Shown here: in pieces, positions 38,081 to 51,650 of the stretch | Layout of the letters: each line of letters begins with the position of its first letter | How positions within the stretch are numbered: position 1 is the first letter of the stretch | Assembly (NCBI RefSeq): GCF_006345805.1 | Contig: NC_043025.1 | Location: 12,896,001-12,960,000 of the forward strand | Source: Octopus sinensis | Lineage: Eukaryota | Direction of reading: 5' to 3' | Length of the DNA stretch: 64,000 nt | The notes under the pieces: model-generated | The model's input: the letters and a program-made list of their open reading frames with translations, nothing else | Database searches by the model: none | What the model was told of the DNA's origin: nothing | Program-made: the position numbers and the translations under genes

Positions 38081-39157
38081 ACAATGCTTTTTTTTTAGTG
38101 TGTGTGTGTGTGTATATATATATGCTTTCTATTTAGCTTTTAGAATTGGTGGAAATATTATCAGCAGGTAATGCACTCAGCTGGTGTCTTGAAAGATATG
38201 GGTTCAATTCGCATGGCTGTTTGTTGACAACTTTCGCCTGCCTTGTAAGGGTAATACTGCCCAATGTTTTTGCCGTTTTAGCAGTGATTCTGTGTTCAAA
38301 ATATCACTTTGTCTATCGTACGATGCACATTTGGTGCTTCTAAAAATGAAACAAATGTAAGTTTATGTATGTGTGTATGTATATACACACACACACACAT
38401 ATATATTATTAACCGCATGTTCTCAATGTGTGTGTTTTGTATGTTTCCTGGTTCCCTGTGATGCAGTACCTGTGGGACAACTCCGTTACAGCACTGGGTG
38501 TTAGAACACCTGAAGAATCATCACAGAGAAATGAGACGACTTGCTACCAGTTGAATTCAAGAGTGATGGATAGTAATGTTTTGCTGTTTTTTTTGTGGCT
38601 TATCAACATCACGTACCTCTATCAAATTGCCAGTCTATGGCTACAAATAAATAGTGCCGGAACTATTTACTGGTATACCTGGATTCAATAGGAGGGGGAG
38701 TTGTCTTGCTAGTTTATGGCCTTCAGGCGTTTTGACACCCAGCGTTGTGAGGGGGCGAGTCCTCCAAGTGCTGTATTGCTGTAAACTGTAGACAAACAAA
38801 ACATTTGAATATATGCGGTCGATAATATTTACAACACTAGCCCTGTTTATCATTCTTTATTGAATATATATATATCTATGTGTATATATATATATAGTAT
38901 GTATGTATGTATATATATATGTGTATATATATGTGTGTGTATATGTATATATGTATAGATATATATTATATATATGTATAGATGTATATATATGTATATT
39001 ACATATTTCTCGATAAATTTTTGAGCGTTAGACAATATACCAGAAATCCCTAGTTTTGTCGGGACGTTCTGAGTCTGCGCAGTGATCTGATTAGTTAGAG
39101 AGAGCAAATCATTAGAAGCACATGCTTCTAGTGAGTTAGGATCTCAGAACAACAGGG

Positions 39158-39231
39158 CTCTTACCGATGAATTCTCCCTGAGCAAATAAATTATCTTTAT
39201 TGCTGAAAAGAACGAAACTGCAGTCTAAGAG
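39158..39231 (+). ncRNA. Minimal type I hammerhead ribozyme-like motif (degenerate core), of the kind carried by Penelope-like elements and retrozymes
   Basis: Stem I CTCTTA/TAAGAG, core CCGATGA, extended stem II, GAAAC-TGCA-GTC cleavage triplet; deviations U4C and an A10.1-C11.1 mismatch. Folded by eye only. Confidence 0.6.
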
Positions 39232-39393
39232 GAACCGAGTTAGTAAATGTTTTTATCTTCATTTCACTAAATTTATCTAGCTTCTGTGTTTCAAGCACAT
39301 ATTTCGCCTTAATGTACTGATATATGAAAAATATATGGCTTGTGCTAGAAATACCAGCGATAATAGTTATTTTATCGCAATTTGACTTGTTTG

Positions 39394-39394
<1 letters not shown>

Positions 39395-39452
<58 letters not shown>

Positions 39453-39457
39453 GTATA

Positions 39458-39508
<51 letters not shown>

Positions 39509-40377
39509 TAGATATTATATATATGTATAGATATATATTATATATATGTTATATATATATATTATATATATGTATAGATTATATATTATATATATATAGA
39601 TATATATTTTATATATGTATATATATATATTATAGATATATATTTTATATATGTATATATATATATATATATATGTATAGATATATATTTTATATATGTA
39701 TATATATATATATATGTATAGATATATTTTATATATGTATATATATAATATATATATATATATAGTATATATATATATGTTAGATATATATATATATGTA
39801 ATAGATATATATTTTATATATGTATATATATATATATATATATGTATAGATATCTATTTTATATATGTATATATATATGTATAGATATCTATTTTATATA
39901 TGTATATATATATATATATATGATAGATATATATTTTATATATGTATATATATATATATATGTATAGATATATATTATAATATGTATGTATATATATATA
40001 TATGTATAGATATAATATATATATATGTATGTATATATATATATATGTATAGATATATATTATATATATGTATGTATATTATATATATGTATAGATATAT
40101 ATTATATATATGTATGTATATATATATATGTATAGATATATATTATATATATGTAGGTATAGATATATATTGTATATATGTATTATATATATATATGTAT
40201 AGAGATATATTGTATATATTATGTATAGATATATTTTATATATATGTATAGATATATATTTTATATATGTATATATATATATATATGATAGATATATATT
40301 TTATATATGTATATATAATATATATATATGTATAGATTATATTATATATATGTATATATATATATATATATGTATAG

Positions 40378-40425
<48 letters not shown>

Positions 40426-41053
40426 GTAAGATATATATTATATGTATAGATATATATATATATATGTATAGATATATATATATATAGTATAGATATATAT
40501 TATATATGTATAGATATATATATATATATGTATAGATATATATATATATGTATAGATATATATATATATATATATGTATAGATATATATTATATATATGT
40601 ATAGATATATATTATATATATGTATAGATATATATTATATATATGTATAGATATTATTATATATATGTATAGATATAATATATATATGTATAGATATATA
40701 TAATATATATGTATAGATATATATTATATGTATAGATATATATTATATATATGTAAGATATATATTATATATATTATAGATATATATATATATATGTATA
40801 GATATATTATTATATATATGTATAGATATATATTATATATATGTATATAATATATATATATATATGTATAGATATTATATATATATATGTATAGAGATAT
40901 ATTATATGTATAGAGATATATTATATGTATAGATGTATAGATATATATATATATATGTATAGATATATATATATGTATAGAGATATATTATATGTATAGA
41001 TGTATAGATATATATAATATATGTATAGATATATATATATAGTATAGATATAT

Positions 41054-41088
<35 letters not shown>

Positions 41089-41520
41089 AGATATATATAT
41101 ATATGTATAGATATAATATATATATATGTATAGATATATATATATATATGTATAGATATATATATATATATGTATAGATATATATTTTATATATGTATAT
41201 ATATATATATAGATATATTATTATATATATGTATATATGTATAGATATATTATATATATAGATATATATATGTATAGATATATATATATATGTATAGATA
41301 TTATATTATATATGTATATATATATATATGTATAGATATATTGTATATATGTATAGTATATATTGTATATATGTATATATATATATATAGATATATTATA
41401 TATATAGATATATATATATATGTAAGATATATATTGTATATATGTATAGATATTATATTATATATGTATATATATATATATTGTATATATATATGTATAG
41501 ATATATTGTATATATATGTA
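39395..41520. repeat. 2.1 kb (TA)-based satellite built on TATATGTATAGA, almost devoid of C on the + strand
   Basis: Direct inspection. Confidence 0.95.
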
Positions 41521-44119
41521 TACACCACCAAGAAAGTTAGGGGTTGTGGGTCCAACCTACTAAGGGATAATATTCATCCAATATACAGTTGGTATGATAC
41601 CCAATTCAATTATTAATACACAGGTAAGTTAATTGCAATGCAATTAAAAACACTTATTGTGTTAAATGGGTGAAGGTAAAGAGATATTTTACCATTAATT
41701 TATAATACAAATAAGAAAATGGAGAAACACATTAGTTGGTTCATCAACTTTCGGATATTAAAATGTTAACTTATTTATTTATTAAAATGATAATTATTAT
41801 AACATACATACATATATTATATTATTCTGTGCATATAAGATAAGAATACAAGCAGTTATTAAAAAAAAAGAAAATATATATACATATATAGGCGCAGGAG
41901 TGGCTGTGTGGTAAGTAGCTTGTTTACCAACCACATGGTTCCTGGTTCAGTCCCACTGCATGGCACCTTGGGCAAGTGTCTTCTACTATAGCCTCGGGCC
42001 GACCAATGTATTGTGAGTGGATTTGGTAGACGGAAACTGAAAGAAGCCCATCGTATATATATATATGCGTGTGTATGTTTGTGTGTCTGTATTTGTCCTA
42101 GCATTGCTCGACAACCAATGCTGGTGTGTTTATGTTCCCGTTACTTAGCGGTTCAGCAAAAGAGACCGATAGAATAAGTACTGGGCTTACAAAAGAATAA
42201 ATCCCGGGGTCGAGTTGCTCGATTAAAGGTGGTTCTCCAGCATGGCCGCAGTCAAATGACTGAAACAAGTAAAAGAGATATATATATGTATATCATCATC
42301 ATTGTTGTTTAACATTCAGTATCCCATGCTTAGATTGGTTGGGCGGAGTTTGTTGAGGCATGTTCTAAGTCCTGGTGCTCTTCCAGTTGCCCACCCTCGT
42401 GTTTCCAAGCAGGACAAACACTTCCCCAGGGCCAGGCATGTTTTTCGGAGAAGACTGGAAGCAGACGAGCTTACTTTTATAACAATAACTACCTTAAAGG
42501 CTGCACTCTGTGCAAACTTTTAGGCTAGCTTCTGTGGAGGGCTAATTGGGTCTCTGGCCTAAGACTAAACACTGTTAGATAGCATGACTATAATACGCTC
42601 AGTGGTTAGAGCGTCGAGCTTACGATCGTGAGGTTGTGAGCTCGAATCCCGGACCGGGCTGCGTGTTGTGTTCTTGAGCAAGACACTTTATTCCAATGTT
42701 GCTCCAGTTCACTCAGCTGTAGAAATGAGTTGCGACGTCACAGGTGCCAAGTTGTATCGGCCCCTTTGCCTTTCCCTTGGACAACATCGGTGACGTGGAG
42801 AGGGAGGCCGGTATGCATGGGCGACTGCTGGTCTTCCATAAAACAACCTTGCCCAGACTTATGCCTCAGAGAGTAACTCTCTAGGTGCAAACCCATGGTC
42901 AGTGTCTGACCGAAGGGGGTCACACAATAATACGTCTGTAATGATGATATACCCCAGTGGTGTTTGATTAAAGATTAAAGACAGGTGATTAATTCTCTAA
43001 TGCAGTCATTCTATTGTTCCAGTCTTAAGTTGAATTCTGACTCTTTTACTATTTTATTTGTATCAGTCATATGACTGTGGCCATGCTGGAGCACAGCCTT
43101 TAGTTAAGCAAATCGACCCCAGGACTTATTATTTGTAACCTTAGTACTTATTCTATCTGTCTCTTTCACTAAACTGCTAAGTTATGGGAGTGTAAACACA
43201 CCAGCATCGGTTGTCAAGTGATGTTGGGGGGACAAACACAGACACACACATATATATATATGACGGGCTTCTTTTAGTTTCCGTCTACCAAATCCACTCA
43301 CATGGTTTTAAAAGGGTAAAGTTGGTTCAAACTTAACCACTTTTGGTATAAAGTAATCTGCAAAGAAAGACAAACAAAAATTAATAATTTGAAAAAAGCA
43401 TTGTAAAAAAAATAAAATTCCCTCAAAATGGTAAAATCAAAAATGTGCTAAGACTTTCTTTCGAACCTAACTTTTTTCTTTTTTTTTTTAATTTTAATAC
43501 TTTCCATACTGGACTAACTGGATTTAATCAACATCTCTAATTCCATTAAAATTAAGAGATTTACAGAGAAAAATACTACACCCACAAGTCCACAAGGTTA
43601 TGAATACTCAGTGGGGGACATGCCTGGATGCAAGGACAACCATGTATTTACTTAGGTCAACGTGTCTCTTCAAGCACAGCAAACCACCAGGGGTCTTGGT
43701 TCCTTGTTATTCCTTCTATGAGGCCCAACATCTGAAGATCCTTTCTGCCATTTCATCCCACATCATGACAAAATCTTGGTGATTATTTGCATTCTAAATT
43801 ACAACGGGCTTCGTTCAGTTTCCCATCTACCAAATCCGCTCACAAGATTTCGATTGGCCTAGAAACTACAGCAGAAGACGGCAAAGGTGCTGTGCAGTGG
43901 GACTGAACCCGAGAACCACGTGTTTTAGGAAGCAAGCTGTTCAACCACACAGTTAAATGTTAGGAACAGGAAGAGCATCCTGCTCCATCTCCCGTCTTGT
44001 TACCATGGAAAAATAGACATTAAATGAATGCATATATATTTCTTAATCTTTTACTTGCTTCAATCAATAATCTGGAGCACCACCTTGAAGGGTTTTTTAA
44101 TCAAGGAAATCAACCCCTG

Positions 44120-44156
<37 letters not shown>

Positions 44157-45719
44157 GCCTGGTACTTATTCTATCAGTTGTCTAAGGAGAGTCATTATAC
44201 CAATATTATTAACATCAACGGTAAGGCGGCAAGCTGGCAGAAATGTTAGCATGCCTAGCGGTATTTCGTCTGCCACCACGTGAGTTCAAATTCCGCCGAG
44301 GTCGACTTTGCCTTTCATCCTTTCGGGGTCGATAAATTAAGTACCAGTTATGCACTGGCGTTGATATAATCGACTTAATCCGTGTGTCTGTCCTTGTTTA
44401 GCGCCTTGTGGGTAGTAAAGAAATAGGTATTTCATCTGCCGCCATGTTGTGAGTTCAAATTCCGCCGAGGTTGATTAAATAAGTACCAGTTATGCACTGG
44501 GGTCGATATAATCGACTTAATCCGTTTGTCCCTTCTATGTTTAGCCCCCTGTGAGCAATAAAGAAATAAGAATCATTAGGCGCAGGAGTGGCTGTGTGGT
44601 AAGTAGCTTGCTTACCAACCACATGGTTCCGGGTTCAGTCCCACTGCGTGGCACCTTGGGCAAGTGTCTTCTACTATAGCCTCGGGCCGACCAATGCCTT
44701 GTGAGTGGATTTGGTAGACGGAAACTGAAAGAAGCCCATCGTATATGTGTGTATATATGCGAGTGTGTGTCTGTGTTTGTCCCCCTAGCATTGCCTGACA
44801 ACCGATGCTGGTGTGTTTATGTCCCCGTTACTTAGCAGTTCGGAAAAAAGAGACCGATAGAATAAGTACTGGGCTTACAAAGAATAAGTCCCAAGGTCGA
44901 GTTGCTCAACTAAAGGCGGTGCTCCAGCATCGCCACAGTCAAATGACTGAAACAAGTAAAAGAGAAAGAAAGAGAGAATGCCAGGTGAAATGCTTAGCAG
45001 TGTTTCATCTGCACTACGTTCTGAGTTCAAATCCCACCAAGGTCAAATTTGCCTTTCGTCCTTTTGGGGTCAATTAAATAAGTACCAGTTATGCACTGGG
45101 GTCAATGTAATTGACTTAATCCCTTTCCCCTAATTTGAGGCCTTGAGCTTCCAGTAGAAAGAATTATTAACACACACGTTGGTTCAGTTCCACTCCTTTA
45201 TTATTATTAGTTAATTGGTTAAATATCCAATTAACTAATTGAGTAACTAATTAACTAATTAATTTCGTTAAACAGTAAGTTGTTTGCTTTGATTTTGTTT
45301 GTCAAAGCTCTTTTGTTGCTACCTGCAACCTTTTCATTGAAAATCAATTAGTCTGTTGGATATTTAACCTATTTCTTTACTACCCACAAGGGGCTAAACA
45401 CAGAGGGGACAAACGGATTAAGTCGATTGCATCGACCCCAGTGCGTAACTGGTACTTAATTTATCGACCCCGGAAGGATGAAAGGCAAAGTCGACCTCGG
45501 CGGAATTTGAACTCAGAACGTAACGGCAGACGAAATACGGCTACGCATTTCGCCCGGCGTGCTAACGATTCTGCCAGTTCGTCTGTTGGATATTTAACCG
45601 ACTGACTAATAATAAAGAAGTGGAATTGAACCAGTGCATGTGTTGATAATGTTGGTGTGGTGACCCTCCCTTGACACAACAAAATTTGTTTCAGCACACA
45701 AATTCACAAAAAGAATCTT

Positions 45720-45870
45720 GCAAACCAAATACAAAATCAAAGTTGTTGTTAGCAAGGAAGCAGCTAAGACTCTCTTCCCATCAGGTAAATAATGGTCCTG
45801 CTCAATATGTGGGGAAGGTTCTGGAAGGAATTCCATTCGATGCACCTGGTGCAAGTACGGACACATAGGA
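45720..45870 (+). mobile_element. Decayed RTE-type LINE fragment (Cys-rich segment following RT)
   Basis: Frameshifted LFPSGK.WSCSICGEG.GRNSIRCTWCK resembles the RTE WPCSIC.KGVG.NSI.C motif. Confidence 0.5.
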
Positions 45871-46052
45871 AAGCAGAGAGATTACAGGTAGGTTATCAGT
45901 GGAATTACAGGTAGGTTAACAGAGGAACAATAAACACTAAGGCTAAACAGGAAATAATTTTCTTCAAATACCAGGGGGCTCCCTAGAGGTTATGGATAGT
46001 CTCTGTTTCCTAGGTGACCAAATTAGCACTGGAGGAGGAAGTGCTCAACATA

Positions 46053-46780
46053 TGAGGGGGTGTTGAAAAGTTCCTGGTTTTAAAGGAACTTTTCAGCACC
46101 CCTTATATATATATATATATATATATATATCTGAGGGGGTGGCAAAAAATTTCCTGACTTTCAGGTTAGTGTGAAACGCTTGGCTGGTGGCCAAACCTTC
46201 CAACTCCTTTTACAAGGCTTAGAAAAACTGAAGGACCCCTGCAAAAAGTGTGTTGTTCATCATCATCATCGTTTAGCGTCCGCTTTCCATGCTAGCATGG
46301 TTTGGACAGTTCAACTGGGATCTGAGAAGCCAGAAGGCTGCACCAGGCCCAGTCTGATCTGGCAATGTTTCTACGGCTGGATGCCCTTCCTAACGCCAAC
46401 CACTCCATGAGTGTAGTGGGTGCTTTTTACATGCCACCGGCACGAATAGTTATGTATGTATATATATATATCTGAGGGGGCAACAAAAATTTCCTGACTT
46501 TAAGAGTATTGTAAAAGGCCTGGCTGGGGGCCCAACCTGAGTTCTTTTACTAGGCTTAGAAAAACTGAAGGACCCCTGCAATAAGTGTATGAATCTGAGA
46601 GGGGAATATGTTGAATAAAATCATTATCAACTGATCCTCCTCTATTTTCTTTGACGCAAAGCCAAGAACATTTCAGCACCCCTTATATATATATATATAT
46701 AGGTGTGTATATGTATATATATGAAGGGGTGACAAAAATTTCCTGATTTTCCAAAGCTAGATATTTTTCAGCACCCCTTT
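46053..46780. mobile_element. Cluster of four mariner-like non-autonomous pieces at TA/(TA)n sites (46053-46105, about 46133-46255, 46473-46685, about 46722-46780)
   Basis: TIR TGAGGGGGTGTTGAAAAGTTCC / GGAACTTTTCAGCACCCCTTA; 46577-46618 encodes CNKCMNLRGEYVE*, like the mariner transposase C-terminus (KC....G.Y.E). Confidence 0.7.
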
Positions 46781-47361
46781 GTGCTCTAGTTGCTAGGATA
46801 GGACTAAGATGGAAGAAGTTCCGAGAGTTTTTAACCCTTGTTGGTGCAGTCCTCTGGCTGGTCAGCCCTTGTTAAACCATCCAGCTTATAACAGTATGGA
46901 AAACCGATGTTAAAAGGTGACAACAACACAAACACACACTTCTCTAGTTCTGATATTGCCTGGGGGACTATGTTAAATAGGAGGGGCTGAGGACTGAACC
47001 TTGGTGGACCCCTACCTCTACCCTGAATTCTACAGTGTACTCGTTGCCAACCCTCACCTTACTGACAGCGTCCCTGTACATGGCTTGCACAGCTCTCACT
47101 AACCATTCATCTATCCCTAGAACCCCTCATTGACCGCCAGAAAACCTGGGGATAGATAAATCACAAACAAAGACACTCTATCTCACACAGACTTTATCAC
47201 TTTGGGTTTTACAATATCAACCATTTCTTGTAATACCTCGTTATCTGCTAATACTGATGAGTCATCTGATTATCTTACATTGTTTATCTCTGCAGATTAT
47301 CTCTAGAATTTAGACCCAGCACTGCAAGTTACGGCATTTCCTATATGAATATGTCTCTATG

Positions 47362-47687
47362 GTGAGGGCGCGTGGCTTAGTGGTTAGGGCATTCGGCTCA
47401 TGATCGTAAGGTTGTGAGTTCGATTCCCGGCGACGCGTTGTGTCCTTGAGCAAGACACTTTATTTCACGTTGCTCCAGTCCACTCAGCTGGCAAAAATGA
47501 GTTGTACTTGTATTTTCAAAGGGTCAGCCTTGTCACTCTCTGTGTCACGCTGATTATCCGCAAGAACTACGTTAAGGGTACACGTGTCTGTGGAATGCTC
47601 AGCCATTTGCACGTTAATTCCACGAGCAAGCTGTTCCGTTGATCGTATCAGCTGGGACCCTCGTCGTCGTAACCGGCGGAGTCTTTG
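47362..47687 (+). mobile_element. SINE family B (tRNA head GGCGCGTGGCTTAGTGGTTAGGG, CORE-like CCTTGAGCAAGACACTT), full length; other copies near 8480, 8760, 26070, 29760, 42590, 52448 and 59757
   Basis: A/B boxes; 11 bp TSD ATGTCTCTATG at 47351-47361 and 47688-47698. Confidence 0.85.
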
Positions 47688-49989
47688 ATGTCTCTATGAA
47701 CAGTGCAATCAATGATAGAAAAAAAATAGGAAAATGACAACGCTGTTCAAAAGAAGATTTGATTTTTCTAGCTCTGAGCTGCGAAAACTATAAGGAGAGT
47801 CCAGGAGGTGGTTGAAAAAGCCAGCTTCTATATATGGCTGAAGCAGGAAGACCAAAAATGGCTTGAAAGTCATAAACATGCTGGCGGGAAATAGCATCAC
47901 TAGGTGAGACAATCTGACACTGAATTAGCTTCGCTGACTGACAGGTGACAGTCGTTTAGAGAATGCGTGGGCTAAGGCTATGTGCTTTCATTGGTCAGTT
48001 AAAGTTGAGACAGTGTCATGTGACAACTTGCTGGAGCCTAGCGGCAGGTATTTAAAGGGAAAAAAATTGACAAGTCAGTCAGTCACCAGCTGACACTTGC
48101 TGACGTTACAACGAAGAGGCCAGGGAACAGAAGAAGATATGCACCCAACACCAGAGCTGAAGACACCTCCAAAAGGTGGGGCCCTGCCACATCAAAACAG
48201 TAGAGGAGTAGGGGCTGAAACCAGACGTGGTTCCTCCTGATGGTGTCTTGAGCTAACTGGATCCTATAAAGGAGCTGTTGAGGTAGCAGACCATGAAATA
48301 GTTGTAATTCCTCCTGTACATGCACATTTCAGGCACAATTGCTCATTCATCAGTATCACATCCCATCCATTAACAGTCTATGAACACATTGCTTAACTCT
48401 TTAGCATCCAGATTCTTCTGTCAAATGTAATGCTTATTTATTCACATTGTTTGGAATTAATCTTGCATTATCTCATAGCTTTGAGATTGCAATGATATAA
48501 TTTATTTTTTAAATTACATTGTAGGGTAGGTGTGAAAGGCTGGATCTCATTGGTTTCAACATTAAATGGAAAATATTTGAACCAGATTTTGTTGGTTTAA
48601 ATGCTAAAGGGTTGAATACATTTAATGCAAAATGACCAAACAATGATAATGATATGCGACGGGCTTCTTACAGTTTCCATCTACCAAATCCACTCACAAG
48701 GCTTTGGTTGGCCCGAGGCTATAGTAGAAGACACTTGCTCAAGGTGCCATGCAATGGGACTGAACCCGGAACCATGTGGTTGGTAAGCAAGCTACTTACC
48801 ACACAGCCACACCTGCGCCTATACATATATACGGCAGGCTTCTTTCAGTTTCCGTCTACCAAATCCACTCACAAGGCTTTGGTAGGCCTGAGGCTATAGT
48901 AGAAGACACTTGCTCAAGGTGCCACGCAGTGAGAATGAACCCGGAACCATGTGGTTGGTAAACAAGCTACTTACCACACAGTCACTTCTGATGATGATGA
49001 TGAAGCCACCACTTCTGATGACAATGTCCATCTTTCCTTTGATATTTTTACATATTTTGTTATTTTTGTTTTACTTTTTTACTTGTTTCAGTCATTTGAC
49101 TGCGGCCATGCTGGAGCACCGCCTTTAGTTGAGCAAATCGACCCCGGGACTTATTCTTTTGTAAGCCCAGTACTTATTCTATCGGTCTCTTTTGCCGAAC
49201 CGCTAAGTGACGGGGGACGTAAACACACCAGCATCGGTTGTCAAGCAATGCTAGGGGGCAAACACAGACACACAAACACACACACACAAACACACACACG
49301 CATATATATATATATACATATATACGACAGGCTTCTTTCAGTTTCCGTCTACCAAATCCACTCAGAAGGCTTTGGTCGGCCCGAGGCTATAGTAAGAGAC
49401 ACTTGCCCAAGGTGCCATGCAGTGGGACTGAACCCGGAACCATGTGGTTGGTAGACAAGCTACTTACCACACAGCCACACCTGCGCCTATACATATATAC
49501 GACGGGCTTCTTTCAGTTTCCGTCTACCAAATCCATTCAGAAGGCTTTGGTCGGCCTGAGGCTATAGTAGAAGACACTTGCCCAAGATGCCATACAGTGA
49601 GAATGAACCCGGCACCATGTGGCTGGTAAACATTTTACTTACCACACAGCCAATCCTGATGATGATGATGACGATGATGAAGCCACCACTTCTGATGACA
49701 ATGTCCATCTTTCCTTTGATATTTTTACACATTTTGTTATTTTTGTTTGTACAGACTTTTTTTTTATTTCAATCCATTTTTCTTTCAGCTAATGTTGATT
49801 CTCTTTCTTACATTTATTTATTTCTGATGACCTAAAAAAAAAAAAAACCAACTTTGGGTGTGTTTATATTCTTTAGTTGTTGCTGTTGTTGTGCCTGTCA
49901 GGTGACAAACAACCTTCACCTGTAAAAAGGCATTGCAGGACACTTCGCCCATCCTATGTTCACGTTGTAAAACCAGGTGTAACATCAAC

Positions 49990-51650
49990 TTTCATGACCC
50001 AATTTGCAGCAGTGGAGGATGTTCTGAAAGCATAGTTGCTAAGACAAGACCAGGGTGGAAATAATTCATAGAGCTGTTACCTTTATTCATAACAAAAGAC
50101 CTCTTTCTCAGAGTGGAAGGCAGGTTGTATGATACTTGTGAACAAACATCTATGCAACATGGTAGTGAGATGTGGGCGGTGAGCTGGCAGAATCGTTAGC
50201 ACACTGGGCGAAATGCTTAACAGTATTTTGTCTGCCGCTACGTTCTGAGTTCAAATTCCGCCGAGGTCAACTTAGCCTTTCATCCTTATGGGGTGATTAA
50301 ATAAGTACCAGTTACGCACTGGGGTCGATATAATCGACTTAATCTGTATGTCAGTCTTGTTTGTCCTCTCTGTGTTTAGCCCCTTGTGGGTAGTAAAGAA
50401 ATAGGTATTTCGTCTGTCTTTACGTTCTGAGTTCAAATTCTGCCGAGGTCGACTTTGCCTTTCATCTGTTCGGGGTCGATTAAATAAGTACCAGTTACGC
50501 ACTGGGGTCGATATAATAGACTTAATCCATTTGTCTGTCCTTGTTTGTCCTCTCTATGTTTAGCCCCTTGTGAGTAGTAAAGAAATAGGTAGTGAGATGT
50601 GGGCCTTGAATGTTGAGGATATCTGAAGACCAGAGAGCAATGAAGCTAATGTGCTTTGTTGGAGGTGCATTGTTAGTGTGCATGCATGACAAAGTGCAGT
50701 GCGAATGCATTGTGAAAAAATAGGGCATTACCCCTGTTGGTAAATAGGGCAGAACTGTCAGAGTGAAAGGCAGACTGTATGGTGCTTGTGTATGAAGGGT
50801 TATGTTAAATGATAGTGAAATGTGGGGGCCTGAATTCAGAGGATGTGCAAAGACTGGAGAGGAATGAAGTTTGTATGCTCTGAGGAATGGGTGATATGAG
50901 CATGCATGTATGACAATGTGTATGATGAAATGATCTTATGACATGCATAAGATCTGGTCATCAAATCTAAGTAGAGACTTCAAACTTGAAATCTTCAAAG
51001 CCACAGTCGAACCAATTCTACTCTATGGCTCAGAAACCTGGACGTTATCAAAGAAGCTTGAGAGGCGGTTGGATGGAACCTACACTCGCCTCCTTATGAG
51101 AGCTCAAAATCTCTCGTGGAAGCGTCATCCAACCAAAGTACAAATATATGGGAAACTACCACCTGTGTCATCTCTTGTGAAAGGTAGGAGAGTCCAGTTT
51201 GCTGGACATTGTTGTAGAGCTGAAAAAGAGGTAATTTCTCCTCTTCTCTTCTGGAAGCCATCTACTCGCAATGCTAGAGGGTGCACACTCTCCTACCCTG
51301 ATGTAATCTCCAGGGATACAGGCATCCAGCAACAGGACCTCCATAATGCCATGATGGACCGTGAAGTCTGGCGTAGCATGGTAAATTCCATTGTCTTGAC
51401 CACGGTCGAACAATGATGATGATGATGTATGATGAGAGAGAAATGGGTGTAAAATGTTGTGTGCAAGAGAGAAGATTGTATTGGTATCGTCAGGTGGTGC
51501 ATAGGGGTGAGGGCAGTCATGAAGAATTGTTGTTAATTACTAGAATAAGAACCAGCTGTAGACAGTTGCAAGAGCTATTACCTCTGTTGGTAACCAAAGA
51601 CCTCTCTCTCAGAGTGAAAAGCACACTGCGTGACCCTTGTGTGTGAAGAG
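49990..51650 (+). mobile_element. Old, fragmented RTE-type LINE relics interrupted by a family C SINE and a younger RTE copy
   Basis: Decayed frames resembling W..FRELLPLL.TK.LSLRVKGRLY.ACV...GSE.W and VQERRL.WY at about 50000-50170, 50590-50930 and 51430-51650. Confidence 0.55.
50943..51430 (+). mobile_element. Young 5'-truncated RTE-clade LINE with intact C-terminal ORF and (TGA)n tail
   Basis: 157 aa uninterrupted IFKATVEPILLYGSETWTLSK...LDGTYTRLL...FAGHC...AMMDREVWR, stop at 51414-51416, then TGATGATGA. Confidence 0.85.

Noticed and set aside
39382-41616. Y/I-rich ORFs
   Set aside because: Translations of the TA satellite.
41859-42104. Recurrent ORFs of the type RWASFSFRLPNPLTRLWSARGYSRRHLPKVP (many copies)
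   Set aside because: Antisense translations of SINE family A, not a protein family.
47700-48360. Unique-looking segment with a TATA-like TATTTAAAGGG, considered as a solo LTR
   Set aside because: No TG...CA ends, TSD, PBS or second copy could be identified.
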